In this document: piece by piece, positions 11,438-25,652 of the stretch | How the letters are laid out: each line of letters starts with the position of its first letter | Position numbering within the stretch: the first letter of the stretch is position 1 | DNA from: Utricularia gibba | Lineage: Eukaryota; Plantae; Magnoliophyta | DNA: 64,000 nucleotides | Assembly (NCBI GenBank): GCA_002189035.1 | Contig: NEEC01000020.1 | Location: 868,001 to 932,000 of the forward strand | Direction: 5' to 3' | Notes under the pieces: model-generated | What the model saw: only the letters and a program-made list of their open reading frames with translations | What the model was told of the DNA's origin: nothing | The model's database searches: none | Made by a program: the position numbers and the translations under genes

Positions 11438-13603
11438 TCACCGATGGTGGCGAGAGTTCTTCCTCACAGGTTTTGTGGCTTCTGTTTTCAAGCCTGGCTG
11501 CCGGACTTTCACCCCTCGTATCATCTGCACAAAGATTACAATGATCCAATATCCCTCTTGATGCAACACAGGAAAAAGAACTAACATATTTGCCACATTT
11601 AGTGTCTGAGTAGATCACTATGAAATCCCCTTCCTGCAGTCCATTCATCCTCACAAAATCTCCTGTATATGTATGATAAACATGGAGTTCATCCAACCAA
11701 GATATGTAACAAGAAACACGATGAATTTGTGTGCATACCCGTGTTCTCTAGTAGGTACATTCTACTCTTGTTGTTCGGCCAAAACCTGGAATCCAACAAT
11801 CGATATTCAGCTTCAAATGTACTTGTTTGATTCAATTTTTCCGACTCTACCTTTTTATTCCATGTAAAACTCAAGCCAGAACTAAAAAGTGTACTTGGGT
11901 ATCAAAACAAGTACCGGTAACGCATTTTCCATACACGAGAGGTTCCAATATCTTCCATTGCAATGGAGATTCCGTCTCTGGATTCCAGCTCGGGAAGATG
12001 GCTTTCAGCTTCCCTCTAGCACCACATTTTCAATTTGATCAACCCAGATCGTCTGTGTAATTGCAGCACAACAACATAGAAGAAAGTCAAGCAAGTAAGT
12101 ACCTTCGGCAGCACAATCCTCCCCAGATTACCCACATCACTTTGCTTCAACACCTTCTGCAGCAAAAACTTCAAATTCTTCTCCGTTTTCCATCCCTAAA
12201 ACCAAGCCCAGCGACATGCTTAGCCAATGCGCTAACTTCTCAAACGAAAAACGCAAATTCATGTAAGCATTAGAGTAACAAAGCACCAAACCTGCGGGAA
12301 TGGGCGCTCGCCGTAGGGCTGATCACCGCCGTGATCACCTGCGAACATCGGATCCAACGAAGGGCAGCCTATCGCAGCCCCCGGATCAGAACAGTTTCCA
12401 GTAGACCAGTGAGCCCAGTTGACCGACTGATCACCAAGTTCATCATCACCGTGCAATAGAGATGGATCATTCAATTGGATAGGGTTGTGGCTGGAGCCTT
12501 CGGTGCAACGGTGATTATGCGAATGCACCTTCCTTTGTCTTGCCATTCTTTTCTTCCGAGCCTCCTTCGTTGCCGAGGACCCTAATCTCGCCAATCCCTC
12601 AGCATTTGCACCATGGATCACTTGATGAAAAGGATGATTACCGTACAACAAACCTTGTTGATTGCTGATGAAGCTGGAATTCTCCTGGAAAATGCCAAAT
12701 TGAGGCGGCATCTGCCACACTGATGGGGAATAATCAGTCACTTGTTGATAATTCTCATACGGGTCGCCGTTAAATCCGGGTGTGATCAACGGCAGCGGTG
12801 GCGGCGCCGGGTGTATCGGCGTGATGTAGGGATTAGGATTGGGATCGGGATAAGGAGAATCTGGGTTTTGAAAAAAGTTGAGATCTTGGGACGCTTCGCC
12901 CCGTTTCTTGTGAAGCTGGTGCTGCTCAACCCAATCGAGGATGAGTTTAAGAAGCTGTTTTTTACCTTCTTTGTCGCTTCCCAGACGCCTGGAAGCGGAC
13001 TCGATAGTGGATCTTTTGAGTTTGATGCTTCTCATGTCCTCCGCCGAAATGCAATCCTTGTTCTGTTTCAGCCAGTTCAAGAAAATCGCCGCGAGCTCGG
13101 AGTTGCCGTCAAGGAAACTCAGACCCTCGTTCCCTTCATCGTATGGTGCGACCCTGGTTTCAGGTTGGTGTTCCCCAATCAACTCCTGAATGCTCTCATT
13201 CTGGAAAACAGAAGAGGGATCCCACATTTCATCGCAATCCATATACCCGAGATTCTGCGGCGGCGGCGGCGCGCTGTGTATAGCTGTGGTCTGCCCCGAA
13301 ATCTCTTCCGGGTCGGACTTCAACAAAACCCACGAGGCGGCAGAGGAGGAGGAAGAAGAAGAAGTGGTAACCGCCGCTTTGCCCGGCCCCGGCGCCGGCG
13401 AGGAGGATGAGGATGAGGATGAGGAAGACACATAGGGAAACTCCGGTAGAGGTGGGAACCCGGCGTCGTAGAAAAAGGAAGCGTCATCCACCCCAAGCAG
13501 ACCGTCATCTCCCCCGCCCCACAAACCGTCCACGTGATCCCCGACCAACGCGCCACCATCCCCCGCCCCCCGGACACGCACCGATTCCCCCAGTGTCACT
13601 CAT
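11438..13603 (-). CDS. ABI3: ABI3/VP1 B3 transcription factor, six exons; apparent +1 frameshift in a G-run near the start
   Basis: Exons 13603-12292, 12195-12103 (93 nt), 12015-11915 (101), 11785-11739 (47), 11662-11586 (77) and 11524-11438, all GT-AG and matching the ABI3 exon-size pattern. Domains: A1 [15 protein letters not shown]1 [30 protein letters not shown]2 [17 protein letters not shown]3 [45 protein letters not shown]. Confidence 0.93.
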
Positions 13604-16600
13604 AATGATACCCGAAATGGGCCTCTTCCAGGCACACACACACACACAACAAGGAACAGAAAGCGACGGAGACACGATATCCAATTCAGCGAAGGTACGG
13701 AGAATTCTAGAAGCAACGGGCCCGCCCCGACGTCGGGAGACCGGAGGTTCTAGTTTTTCCACAGATAAGATGAAGCGGTTTTTTTTTTTTTTTTCTTTTC
13801 TTTTTTTGGTTATTTTAAAAAATAATAATAATTAAAGAAGGCATTCATCCGCGTCGTCAACCACCGCACAAGCGTTGCGACGGGAGTGGCGCGTCGCAGC
13901 GGTGCGTCAGCCCCTTCCTTCTTTTTATTTTGCTTCGAGAAATGTGTACCTTGTGGGAGGTACCACTTCAATGCCAACGGTACGCTACTCCCCCCTTGTC
14001 CTTATCTTATCTCCCTTTTTTTTATAAATATTTTTATTATTTGGATTTTAATATAAAATCAATACTAAATATTAATAATTATCATATATATGTATATGAT
14101 TGATATGTAGTATGTAATATTACTTTTTCATATCCTATAAAATGAGATCACGTTATTTTCTTGGGTTTGGATTCAATCACTGAAAACCATGTATAGGATA
14201 AAATTTTTGGTAATTTCGAAAATGTAAAAAAATAAAGTAATATGTTTAAATATCAAATCTCATAACATTAGTAGATTTAAAAATTCAAAACAATCTCAAA
14301 TTTGGATCGAAATGTTTGGGCCGTGATTTTGAAACATGATGTTACCTTCCAAATAAAAAAATGTTTGATAAGTTGATCCTCAATAAATGAATATTCTTAT
14401 AACTCAATATATAAAAATGATGGTACACATAAGAAAAAAGGTAAAAGAACCACATAATATACCATAAGCAAAGATTGAGAAATATAAAATTTTACAATAA
14501 TTAAAAACATGAGCATTAATCTCAGAATATATTACAATTAAATTTATTCATAAATAATGATGAGATTCTTCTTATATAAATAAAGAAATGAATCTATTCA
14601 AAGAAAATTACTATTAGTAAATTAAGAAGTCATGATCCAAATTTATTTTTTAATAGGTTGAATTCAATATCATATGTTTTTATTTATTAAGTTGATTCAT
14701 CCATAATCTCTTCAAAAGATTTTGATTCTTTCGTATTTTTAATCTACTAATTAACCCAATTGAAATTATACAATGATTAGTGACATTCTTTTCTTTATAT
14801 TAATTATCTTTATCTTTGTCATCCATCATCTTATCAAAACACGTGTTAAATAATGATAAATCTTCTGAATTTTTTTATATTGATTTAATCCTTTGGACAT
14901 TTTCAAGATCATGCATATCTCGCATCCGAGGGTTTAGAATAAGAACACAGTTTTAATGCACAACGCATGAAATATTCCCATTAAAATTTTTGAAAAAATA
15001 TTTTTTGTAACTTTGTTTGTGCCTCCAAATATATATGTATTAATCAAGTGAATTTTTTTTGTTTTTCATAATATTTTAAATACATTTAATAAATACAATA
15101 TTATTCTAAACATCTGTTTTTAAAATTTATGTCCTAAAAGTATTAACAATTTAGGGTTTAAAATTGGACTAAAATACAGTGGGTAGAAAAGTAAAACATC
15201 CGCCGGTGCAGTCACAATCATATCGGAATCCATGGTTCGAATCCGTGGCCGTGTCCGACTCCAGAAAAAGCGGACGGACACGCCACGCGGCAGAGTACAG
15301 GAAGGTCAGAAAATGGAAAAATTATTTGCCAGATCTGAGAAAGGGATAATTGAAACGTGGGAACTGGGAACAGCAAGCAGAAATAAAGTAGTTCTTTATC
15401 TTTATTTATTTATTTCTTTACGTGACGTCACCTTGTCTTCTTCCTTCCCGCATACTCTGACTCGGTAGGTACCTCTTGAGGAGCCTGAAACGACGCCGTG
15501 GCAGTGGTAGGGTTACACCAGGAAATTTGGCGTCAGCTACTGTGTTTTTTGTATCGTTTTTTTTAAAAATACCCACTTTCAAAACACTGCGTGAAAAAAA
15601 TACTCATCGGATGTGAAAAAAAAAAGACTTGATGTGTGAGAGATAAATGGACAGTGATTATTTTTTTAAAACACCCGTTTTTTGTACCCTAAAAAAGCGG
15701 AGCCCGTGATAAATCATGGGGCTGACATTAATTGGTAAATATGTAACATCAACATGGATGAATTACGAAATTAAACATACTATTTTTGATGTATGAGAAA
15801 AATAATCATCATATATGTAAAAAAAATAGTTTTAATACGTGAAAGAGAAAGTTAGAATAGTTACTTTTAAAAAATTATCACATCAACATGGCACATTCAT
15901 AGATTTATTTATGACTTTAAAGTTTAAAATTACGTCTCTCTGATATTATATGATTTATAAAACCCTAAATTACACCATGGTTTTGAGAACTCCTTTTTCA
16001 TATTAGTGTCTACGTTAAACATATATTTATAAACCTCATTACCAAATCATATAAGGTATGTTTAACTAAATACAATGATGCAAATATATAACTATTTAAA
16101 CTATCATATGAAATGCCTTTTATTTTATTTTTAATTAGTATTAAATATATATTTTATGATTTCGAAAAGCAATTTCTAGGGCCCATTAGGGTTGAAGGAA
16201 GAAAAAACGGGTATTATGGGCTATATTCATGAAACATGGACCTGGGGCCCAATAATGTAGCTCATTGGGCCTATAGGAATTAACGTGTTGTGATCTGTCC
16301 AGGTCAATCTTAATTGGCTGCGTTCATTGGATGTTCCCATAATGCATATGATTAAAAGAATATTACAACTAACAAACTGAATCACCAAATAAGAAGATTC
16401 CAAAATTGAAGAGTGATATTGAGGAGGAATTGAATGTAAGGATCTCAACATATAAAGTGCCATATGCATGAGAGCAAGCATATCAATGTCGTTTTCGATT
16501 TTTCGGATATTAGATGGTTTGTATATGAATATACATGCTTAAATCCGAGGAACATTCTGGATATTGCATTGGATGCTGAAAAACAATTGTTTTGGATGTG

Positions 16601-16659
16601 TATACATATATCTAATGGTATGAAACCAAAAGTTATACTGTACTTGATTAATTCATGTA

Positions 16660-16859
16660 GCCCGTGTTTGATAGCTATACCGGTATAGATTATTCCAATA
16701 TAAATTTATTCTGATTGAAGTTATAAAAATAAGAAAAGGTGTTGATGGGGACAATTTTATACTTTATAGAAAGTAAAAAAGTATTTCAGGAAAATTTACT
16801 CTTTATTATTATCCCGTATATTGGGATATACCATGTTATTCTTATTACCAAACACGTCC
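16660..16859. mobile_element. Probable Tourist-like MITE (~200 bp)
   Basis: GCCCGTGTTTGATA matches the reverse complement of the right end, GGACGTGTTTGGTA, at 11/14. GTA flanks both sides (16657-59, 16860-62). Confidence 0.5.
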
Positions 16860-17475
16860 GTAGTGTAAATATTAGGTGCACATGATCAAATAAAGTTTCT
16901 AACAAGCATGTCACTGTTTCATTTGTATCCGTGGCACCTTGATATTAGGTGTACATCAACATGTTGTGGCAAGGAGATGCCATTCGTCTATGTTGCCTTA
17001 GTATGAATGGGTGTTACAAAGTCTTCATATATGTCAATGATTGAGAATTATTGGCTGTGTTAGGTATTTTGAGTGTCACCACACAACCAAATGAGGAAAA
17101 ATCTAAAATGTTAAATAAATAATATCTTTTAATGACAAAACAATTTTTATTTTATTATAAATTAATTTGAGAAAAAATATAACATGTATATGTGTAGAAT
17201 TTAATCATATGTGGAATTTAAGGATTGCTATAGTATTATTTATATTACGTATATTTGAAGTAAATTTCAAATGTTTAAATACATTTGATTTAACGTTAAA
17301 TTTATAACTAACATTTTGTTAAAATCTAAATTTTTCCATCAAACAAAAATAAATTATCATTATTATAATTAATTTAATAATATTAAAAATAAAAATTTTA
17401 ATACAAGAATGTCAAGTAATTTTTTCAAAGGCTGAAAAAGCTGATTAAAGCAATCTTTCAGATGTACAATTTTAA

Positions 17476-17705
17476 GGCCATGTTTGATTGATCAGTTTGG
17501 ATAAATTTAAATAAGTATAAAGTATATTTTATGTGTTTTGGTACAAAGGTTTATTAAATCCATGAAAAAAAATAAAAGCATGAGATTTTTTTTTTACGTA
17601 ATGTAAAAAATAAATCATAAGGGGAATATGGATAAAAGCATTTTATTTCAACTAAACTCATACATAATCCTTAATAAACTAAGCCTCTTCAATCCAAACA
17701 TACCC
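17476..17705. mobile_element. Probable Tourist-like MITE (~230 bp)
   Basis: Ends GGCCATGTTTGATTG ... CAATCCAAACATACCC. Flanks TAA / TCA give an imperfect 3-bp TSD. Confidence 0.55.
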
Positions 17706-17880
17706 TCAAAGAAATAATAATAAAAATCATCTCATGTAATATACAAAAGAAATATTCAAATACCTAACCAGAGCATGGTGCATTGCACTGCTGAAGAGCA
17801 TATTACACACTTCCTGTTGCATCTCAGCAGCACTTTCCACTTGAATAGTTACAGCAGCTAAATCCATCAAGTTTTGAATG

Positions 17881-20800
17881 CTAACAAGCAAAAGCATACC
17901 TGTTGCTAATCCCACCAGCCAATTCAACAGCGATCTCCTGCATGAGAGCCTCTACCAGACTCCCTGCAATCTCCTTCTTCACATCGTTGATCTCCATTTT
18001 CAACTGATCCATCCACCAGGATCCCACAACTTCATCCTTCACCGCCATCTCCATCCCTGCACCACCATCGTCGTCGTCATCATTTTCACCATCACCTGAA
18101 ACCCATCGAGCTTCACTGGAGAACCATGAGCTGATAAGGGCAAGAACGTTGTCCCCTAGGGGAGATTTTGCACTTGCAACTTTGTCTCCGATGTAGCTGA
18201 ACTGGGTTCTGGTTATTTGCATCAATGCTGCATTTACGGAATCATACACGAGCTTCCGAGTTGATCGGTTTTGCCTTCTGTTGGCCTCATATGGCATCTC
18301 CTTGTCATTTAGATGGACATATTTTTCCCCAAGTGATGGATCCAAAGGACTCTCCGATGAATGCCAACTTTCAATGCCGTAGGTAGGGAGTGCTACATCC
18401 TGCAGACCAGAAACGGATAACAATGTTTTGGCTAACATCATCCAGTCCGGTCCGATGTTGCTGTCTTGAGTTGAGATGTGGTGCGTTGCGGGGTGAGATG
18501 TTGCAGTGTCTGCATACATATCATCTGACGATATGGTGCGAGGAACGGTTCCGATTGCCGGTGATTTTCCAATTAAGTTAGGTTCACATGAACTTGGAAA
18601 CAGCCTAGCACCTGAATACAAAATAGCTGGAATGTCATGGCAAGATTGAAGATGTCAAGCAAATGCCAACAGAGAGCTGTATACAAAGTGACAGAACTTG
18701 TACCCCGTTGATTTGGCTTTAAATACTGTGGACGAGCTCTAGCCATACATTCATCTACAAACTGTGGATCCCATACTGGACCTGGCTGTTTCTGGTTGTC
18801 AGCACGGCCTCCATACTGCAGAAGTTGATGAAAACGTTAACTAAAGGTGATGGATTCTCAGTATGAGCAAAATATCCCATGCATGCCTATCAATCCTAAC
18901 TTTCACAAATACTGCATTGTTAATTTGAAGCAATGGGATTAGATATCCGCATCATAACAGCAACCAAGTTGTATGAAAGAATATTGTGATTTTACCATGG
19001 GAGGTAGCATAGCCAAGTTGCCAATTCGGGCAGGGAATAGTTGGTTTGATGACCTCTGCACAGCTTTGTTGAGTGGCTTGGAAGAGGGTGCTAAGGTTTT
19101 GTTGCCAAGGTCATTGGAAAAAGAGAGATTATCATATTTGATGAAGGCTTTCTCCAAACCAGATGCTCTGCTTCCGGAAGAAAATAAACGAGACAGCATC
19201 CCCTTGAATGACACTTTTCCAGTTCTTGTTTTACCTTCTTCCATGCCTAAATCCACTCTGGTATGGAACTCAGCGGAAGAGACAGGAAGGGGTTTTGACC
19301 TGATGAGGTTTCTGGAAGATGGATCTGAATGCCCCTCCATTTTTATTTGATGAAATAAACGAGGCTTTGAATGCTTCACTTCTGGACAAGTACCTTTTTC
19401 ATCATCCAGATTAGGAGCAGGTGACCTTCTTGCTTCAGAAACAGCAAGCATTTCACCTAATGACTTGGAACTTCTCCGGCTAAGCATCCGTTCATTGTGT
19501 GTTCCATCATATGTCAAAGTAGCCCATCTTTCAGAGAGGCGTTTTTTGGCTTCTTGGCAAACTGAATAATCTGGAGAATAAGATATCTGACTATACGAGG
19601 GAGAAGAGAAAGGACTACCAATTCTATTAGCATAATCCCAAGAGTGCCTAGGCAATGGAGACATATTGTCTGAATATCTGGTATGAACATCAGGAAAGAA
19701 TGAAGTATCATCACCCCTGTATTCACCGCAAGGGCCAGATGGAGTCAGTTTTTCCTCTCTGCACAGATGGCCAAGGTGAGGAACCATATTCTCCCTGGCT
19801 GCTTTTGCATCTTCCCTTGGTTCATGATTTTGTGCACTCTCCATGTTCTCAAAGAACATTTTCTCAAACAACTGCCTAGTTTGCTGCAATTGTGGAGAAC
19901 TGTGGAGCTTATCACCACTGGGTTTCACAGGCCCTGGTTTCAGAACCACTATTCGGGTTGGCGGGGCTGCATTTGCACAATGCTCCAAGCATGTAGAACA
20001 CGAACTTGGTTCTGGATGGATTATCTCTGAACATTTTTGACCAAAAACGGCACCCTTTTTCATATGAGCTCCATCCTTACCTATAGCGACAGGATGATTA
20101 TGGTTAGACAGAGCTGTTGCGGGTAAGAGGACTGTGATTCTCCTGTTATCAGGAGGAGGAACAGAATGCAGGCCATCAAGGTTCTCTGAGGCCAATGAAG
20201 TCCGTTCCTGGAGACACTTGAGAAACAAATCTTTGTTGGAAGTCAAGACTTCCAGTGCATCTTGAAACTGCCTAGAATGTCTGTTTCCATCTGTACACAA
20301 ATGCTTTGCTTCAGAGAATTTCTGCCGAACAAGAGCCATCCTTGGATCCTCTTCACGACCCCTCCTACATGGTGAGCTCCAGGACTGTCTCCCTGTTTCA
20401 TAAACATCCTTCAATACCTGCTGATCAGCTCGATTCACAAGTCCGTTCTGGGAACAACTTTGATGAGTTCTAGAACTGATTCCTTGCCCAGATGAATCTG
20501 GCTCCACTCTAGGAATGGCATCAAGTCCCATCAACTTGGCCACCAAGTTCGGTTGGCCGCTTCCAGTGTTAATTTCCTTTGACATCTCTTCTGCAATGAG
20601 TAACTTTATGGGCAGTTCACTTGATCTAGGTGCATGTGCACAAATGCTATTCAACTCAGACGCAACCTGAAAGCATCCCAGAAGCAAGAAAAATGATCAA
20701 AATCAAGTCAGCACACAACGAATGCTTAATAACGTGTTTTGGGGGCATGTTGAATACCTTTTTCTGTTCCAATGAACACATTCTTGAAGCATCTGAAACA

Positions 20801-20973
20801 TTTCCTGAAAATCAAAGTTCTGCTGCCCATAAGCAGCTAAGTTTAAGGTCTCAATTTCGATGACATGGAGCACGTATAAGCCCATAACTTCAACATAAAG
20901 TGAAAAGGGAGGAGAAGGAACCGTTTGTTAGGTTTCTCAGAGAACAGCCAGTATGCATATCCAAGAGGTCCAT
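17881..20973 (-). CDS. TON1-recruiting motif (TRM)/LONGIFOLIA-family protein with DUF3741 and DUF4378
   Basis: Phase-consistent exons 20973-20922, 20804-20758, 20666-18996, 18815-18704 and 18611-17881; an extra tiny 3' exon is possible. Motifs PIKLLIAEEMSKE, NLVAKLMGLDAIP, FQDALEVLTSNKDLFLKCLQE, PTRIVVLKPGP, EAKKRLSERW, QPGPVWDPQF, RKLVYDSVNAAL. Confidence 0.88.
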
Positions 20974-23371
20974 GAATTTCTCTCCGTTGCTTTCTCCGCC
21001 TGTTACATAATCCCTCGGCTTTGATAATCGGCAAACCCACTACAGAACAAAAAGCAGATAAAAAACCCAGCTTTACGCTAGCAGAAAGATAGATAGATAC
21101 CCAGAACAAAGGGGAAAAAGAGAAAAGCACTTGCAATCGTGAAAAAGAAAACTGCAACAACAATATGGAAGCATAATACAAAAAAGAAAAGTTGTTTGAA
21201 GGAATCACACCGGAACAAACCTTCTGAATCCTTGGCCCTCTTCAAGCAACAAAAAACACAGGAGCAAGTGAAGAATCAATCCCAGAGCTCGAAAAGAGTG
21301 AATGCAGCAACATTCCCGTCACCAACGCAGCAGGAAAAACTAAATAGACGACTTATTGCCCAGGAAGCAGAAAGCTGTGTGCTTTCTTTCTTTCGCCTTT
21401 TCTCTTCCACCCATGAACTAACTCCCAGATATCTTCTTTTTTACCGGTATGTTACATGATAATCAATTCATACCGTTAACAAACCACCAAAGAAACCAGC
21501 TTCACGAAAAACGAATCATACCCAAATTGTTGCAATAAATGGTGATCCCATTTCCCATCTCATCCCAGTACATGTGAATTGTGAAGGAAGCCTCTGTAGC
21601 TTCTATCATCAATCAATCACGTGATGTGCGAAATCTAGGGTCCACAATGGGACCCTGACTCGAGACGCCCCCATCTCCAGTCCCCACGAAACCCACAAAA
21701 AAAAAGATGCCTTTAGGGCGACAGGAGTGAGGGGTCAGAGAGTCTACCCGCAATGAAGAGTGAAGGGAGACATCTGAACATCACTAGTTAATGCATTCCA
21801 GCCACAGTAATTGTGATCCAATTGCACTTCAATTTCAAGTATGCGACTGCAGCTGCAAGATATCCAACAGGGTGCAAGTCAAACAGAAAAATTCTTACAT
21901 ATGTTTTGATTTCCGAGGAGGAGGAGAAAAGATGACATTTTTACTAGATAAGGATGTCCACATGTCTGCAACCCAGTGGGCTAAACTTTTCTCCAAGAGA
22001 TAGCTCTGATCTAGCGTGCGTCCGAGTGTCCGTGAGCACTGCTCCACATGCATACGGCACCCAATATCTGAACTCCTGACCCCGTGGGACACTACATGTA
22101 CGAAACAGATACAGATACACAGTATATGGTGCGAGGATGGGCTTTAACGTCGAGGTGGGTTCACTGGTCGGTCATGTGTTGGTAACACAGAAGCCGAATG
22201 CTAACATCCAATGTAGCACTGGAGTGTTACCTTGGGAAGAGAGAAAAGAAAAGGGCAAGAATAATGCTACCTTCATGAAGTTAAAAGTCGGGAGCTTTGG
22301 AGGTAAAGAATTAGAACAAACTTCTACTCTGATCGCAAGTTCACGCAGTCAGGTGTAGCAATGGCCAGCGTAGTTCTAGTTCAGCAACCAGGTTGTAACT
22401 GGTTTTTTGTGTTGTTGACTCGTGAAAGGAATGTAAGTAACCAAATCACCCACACATGAAAGGATTCTCCTCATAGGTAACACATTGCTGCATTGGCATA
22501 AAAACTCCCTATTGCTCTCTTATCTCGTCCTGAACATCCGGCCGGTGATAGCTACAATTCCCCTGAATGGCATGGCATCCCTTGGTGCCGCTCTGTTATT
22601 ATCTGAGGTACGTATTGTTGCTGAGGATTGAAAGGTTCTGATCGCAAGCACTTATAACAATGTCGGCTGAACTTGAAAGAGTCAACAGCGTTGCCCCAGT
22701 GCCAAAGTTAACAGCCTTTCTCATTAGGTTGAGTGACAGGGGAAAATTCATTAGGTACACCAACTTCTCAAGCATTATCATTAATTGCTCCTCTAAGAAA
22801 CAGGTATCAAATCATCTTGATTGGCTCGAAAATGATTGGCTCATAGTACATATAAGATGCAACCAGATAAACGTAATCTTCAATATAAGAGATTATTGGA
22901 TTATTTTAATAATTAATTATTGATAGAATAAATATAATTTAATAATTATTTGCTTTTGGATGATCAAAACCAACTTCCTAATCTTACATAAGACTGGGGA
23001 TATGGTTAAATCTCATCATTTCCTACTTTTGAGAATTCAATTGCATTCTATATGATTGTTCCTATTTTATAAAAAGGTGTTTCTTCTTTTATAATAAATC
23101 ATTTGAACCTTGGGAATTGCTAATTAACCAAATGATCAAAAGTATATCAGATTATCAAACTTGTGATTTCTCGATTATGTGTGTTCTTGTTCTTTTTCAA
23201 CCAACATGGGGATGAATCATGGATTTCCTCCTTAGAGAGTAAAATGAAACATGCATGAAGTTGATAGAAGTAGTTTCACCCAACTGCTTACAAAACCAGG
23301 TGCAAATGGTAGGCAATTAGAACTTTGAAGAAAAAAAATCATGTGAACATGAAAACAAGTGTGTACCTTTA

Positions 23372-23622
23372 GGCTTTGTTTGGTTGATGTGTTTTAGGTA
23401 TTAGTGGGTTTAAATTATTTGGGTTTAGCTAAACCCAAATATGTGGGTATAAAAATACCCATACCCTTCTTTGGGTATACATATACCCATATTTGAAGGT
23501 ATTACATGGATATAATGATTATTATACTCATATATAAGGTATAATTATACCTACATACCGAACAACACAATTTTATTAAACCTACCATAAACCAACCTTA
23601 TACCATCATATCAAACAAGGCC
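23372..23622. mobile_element. Tourist/PIF-Harbinger MITE (251 bp) with perfect TTA TSD
   Basis: TTA|GGCTTTGTTTGG ... CAAACAAGGCC|TTA, with TSDs at 23369-71 and 23623-25. Confidence 0.85.
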
Positions 23623-24342
23623 TTAGTTGCTTTCTCGATACTGACTACCAGAAGCTGCTTCCTTTAATAAGAAGAAACTCTCAAACACATGTAATTGTTA
23701 TATGAGTGATAGTAGTATAACTGTTGTATTTGGTCTTTATAAATAGACCTCAAAACGTTATATGTACATAAGAATTTTTCTCTATTTTTTCTGTTATGAT
23801 ATCAGAGTAGAGCGAAGGTGAGCTTAACGATGCTTGTGGTATTATTATCGAATGAAAGGCTCATGAATGGAAGATGTGTATATAAGCCGACCTGCTCTCC
23901 CTCGATCTATGTAAATCGGTCCCTATGAATTCCCGTCAAATGTATACGTAGCAAGCATGTTTATTTTTACCCATCTATAGTTCATGTACTAAACATGAGT
24001 TGAGAGTTAAACCCACCTTAAATCCCATGAAAACCCCCCAAGCAAACATGTCCCCTTATTTTTGCTTAAGTGTACTGTTTTCGCAGATTCCGGATATTAC
24101 AGCCTTTTCAACAATTTTGATTCCAGGCCCAAATGGCTCCGCCCATACATCTGGCCCCATTAAGCTTATAAAACACTTATTTAATGCTTTTACATAATAC
24201 TATTTCTAAAAAAAAATAACAAACAACCTCTGCGGAGTAGCCATCAAGATTCCTACACTTGCTCTCTGCAACTGCATTTGCAGAGTGAACCAATTCAAAA
24301 CCATGCAGCCAAATGGGGAGGAGCTTCCGGGCTCCCACAGGT

Positions 24343-25652
24343 TCAGGTCGACTGGTCGACGGACATCGGAGCTGAGAAGAACAAGTAGGTGCGTGAGCGA
24401 TCAAGGACATGATAAACTACTACTCTGTTGCGCTGCTAAGGATGCTTTTGGAGGAATTGCTTACCTACTCCATTGGCATCTGCTCTTTTCATGATACGGA
24501 GTCGCCGAACGGCGTTGAGAAACATGCTGCACATTTGCAGAGCATATGACATCAGTTGCTACTAAGGGAAGCCGCAGAATCAGTAATGAGATGAAAGACT
24601 TACTCCCATGGAACATCTCCAACTAGCATCCAGTCTCCATCTTTGTCTTTGTAGGTTAGAACGTGCTCAGATGTGCCATCGGAAAATCGCGGAGGCCGTC
24701 TTGTAAGAACAGCTTGCACTTCATTTGGTGCTAAGGATTGAAATCACATAATAATGAGCACTTGTCTCAACTCCTCTAGGAAAGAAAACAAAGGAAATGT
24801 TGTCGAACCTGGTGAGTGATGGAGGGGGAACATTTCATCGAGTGACTGAGCTAAAGTATCATAGGAGGTGTGAGCGTTTAAATCCACTTTTCTTCCGATG
24901 GGGATTCCATCCATGGTCACCTTCACGAAAGAAGATGTTTTGAGATGCCCATTTTCATTGGAATCCGCATTAGCTTCAGGACAGCGATTGATCTTAGCCC
25001 CAGCTTCAGGGTTGCTTAGGAAGTCTCTAGTAGAAGATGGCTTAAAATGGTTAGCCGAGCTGTTCAGTCTGCAGGTTCTGATCGGAGGCCATCCAACCAC
25101 CTGCCTGCTTCCAAGAGTAAAATAACACAGAGCTCAATCTCAAAATCATCTCCTCTCATTGCTAACACTAGGGAGATTCAAGCAACAGCCATGGAAGAAG
25201 GGCACTAGAATCCGAGGATCACTATCCCAAATAAGCAACAGAAGAGGACTTCGTACAGGGAACAGTCCGAACATGTAAACAAGGGATAAAAGATTTAAAA
25301 CACACAAAAAACGCATAAGCGCGATTGATTACCGGCCGGGAGGCGAAGAGGGGGGCTCAGCACTCCTTTTCGTGCCGGTTTTCGTGACAGAAGAAGACGA
25401 GGATGAAGAAGAAACTTCAGAATCAAAATCCTTGGTCCTCAGTTTCGCCACATACTGTTCCCAAGAAACAATCCGTTCAGGGGCGGCGACCTTCGCCTCC
25501 ACGCAAGAACCGAGGCTAAGCCCAAGCTCCAACTCCAACCCAGGGTCATCAGCATAAACACAAGACTCCTGAGACCGAATCAACATTTCACAACCTCGCT
25601 TAATCACCGACGACCCAGATGAAATCATCCGGCCAGCCGCGTTATTCCGCAT
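24343..25652 (-). CDS. Aux/IAA auxin-response repressor (IAA10-13-like), five exons
   Basis: Phase-consistent exons 25652-25333, 25104-24809, 24730-24604, 24526-24465 and 24371-24343. Domain [10 protein letters not shown], domain [11 protein letters not shown], domain [20 protein letters not shown], domain [31 protein letters not shown]. The start could instead be the ATG at 25628. Confidence 0.93.

Noticed and set aside
12742-13835. Several 80-220 aa plus-strand and alternative-frame ORFs over ABI3 exon 1
   Set aside because: They are antisense or frame shadows of GC-rich, low-complexity coding sequence, with no recognisable motifs.
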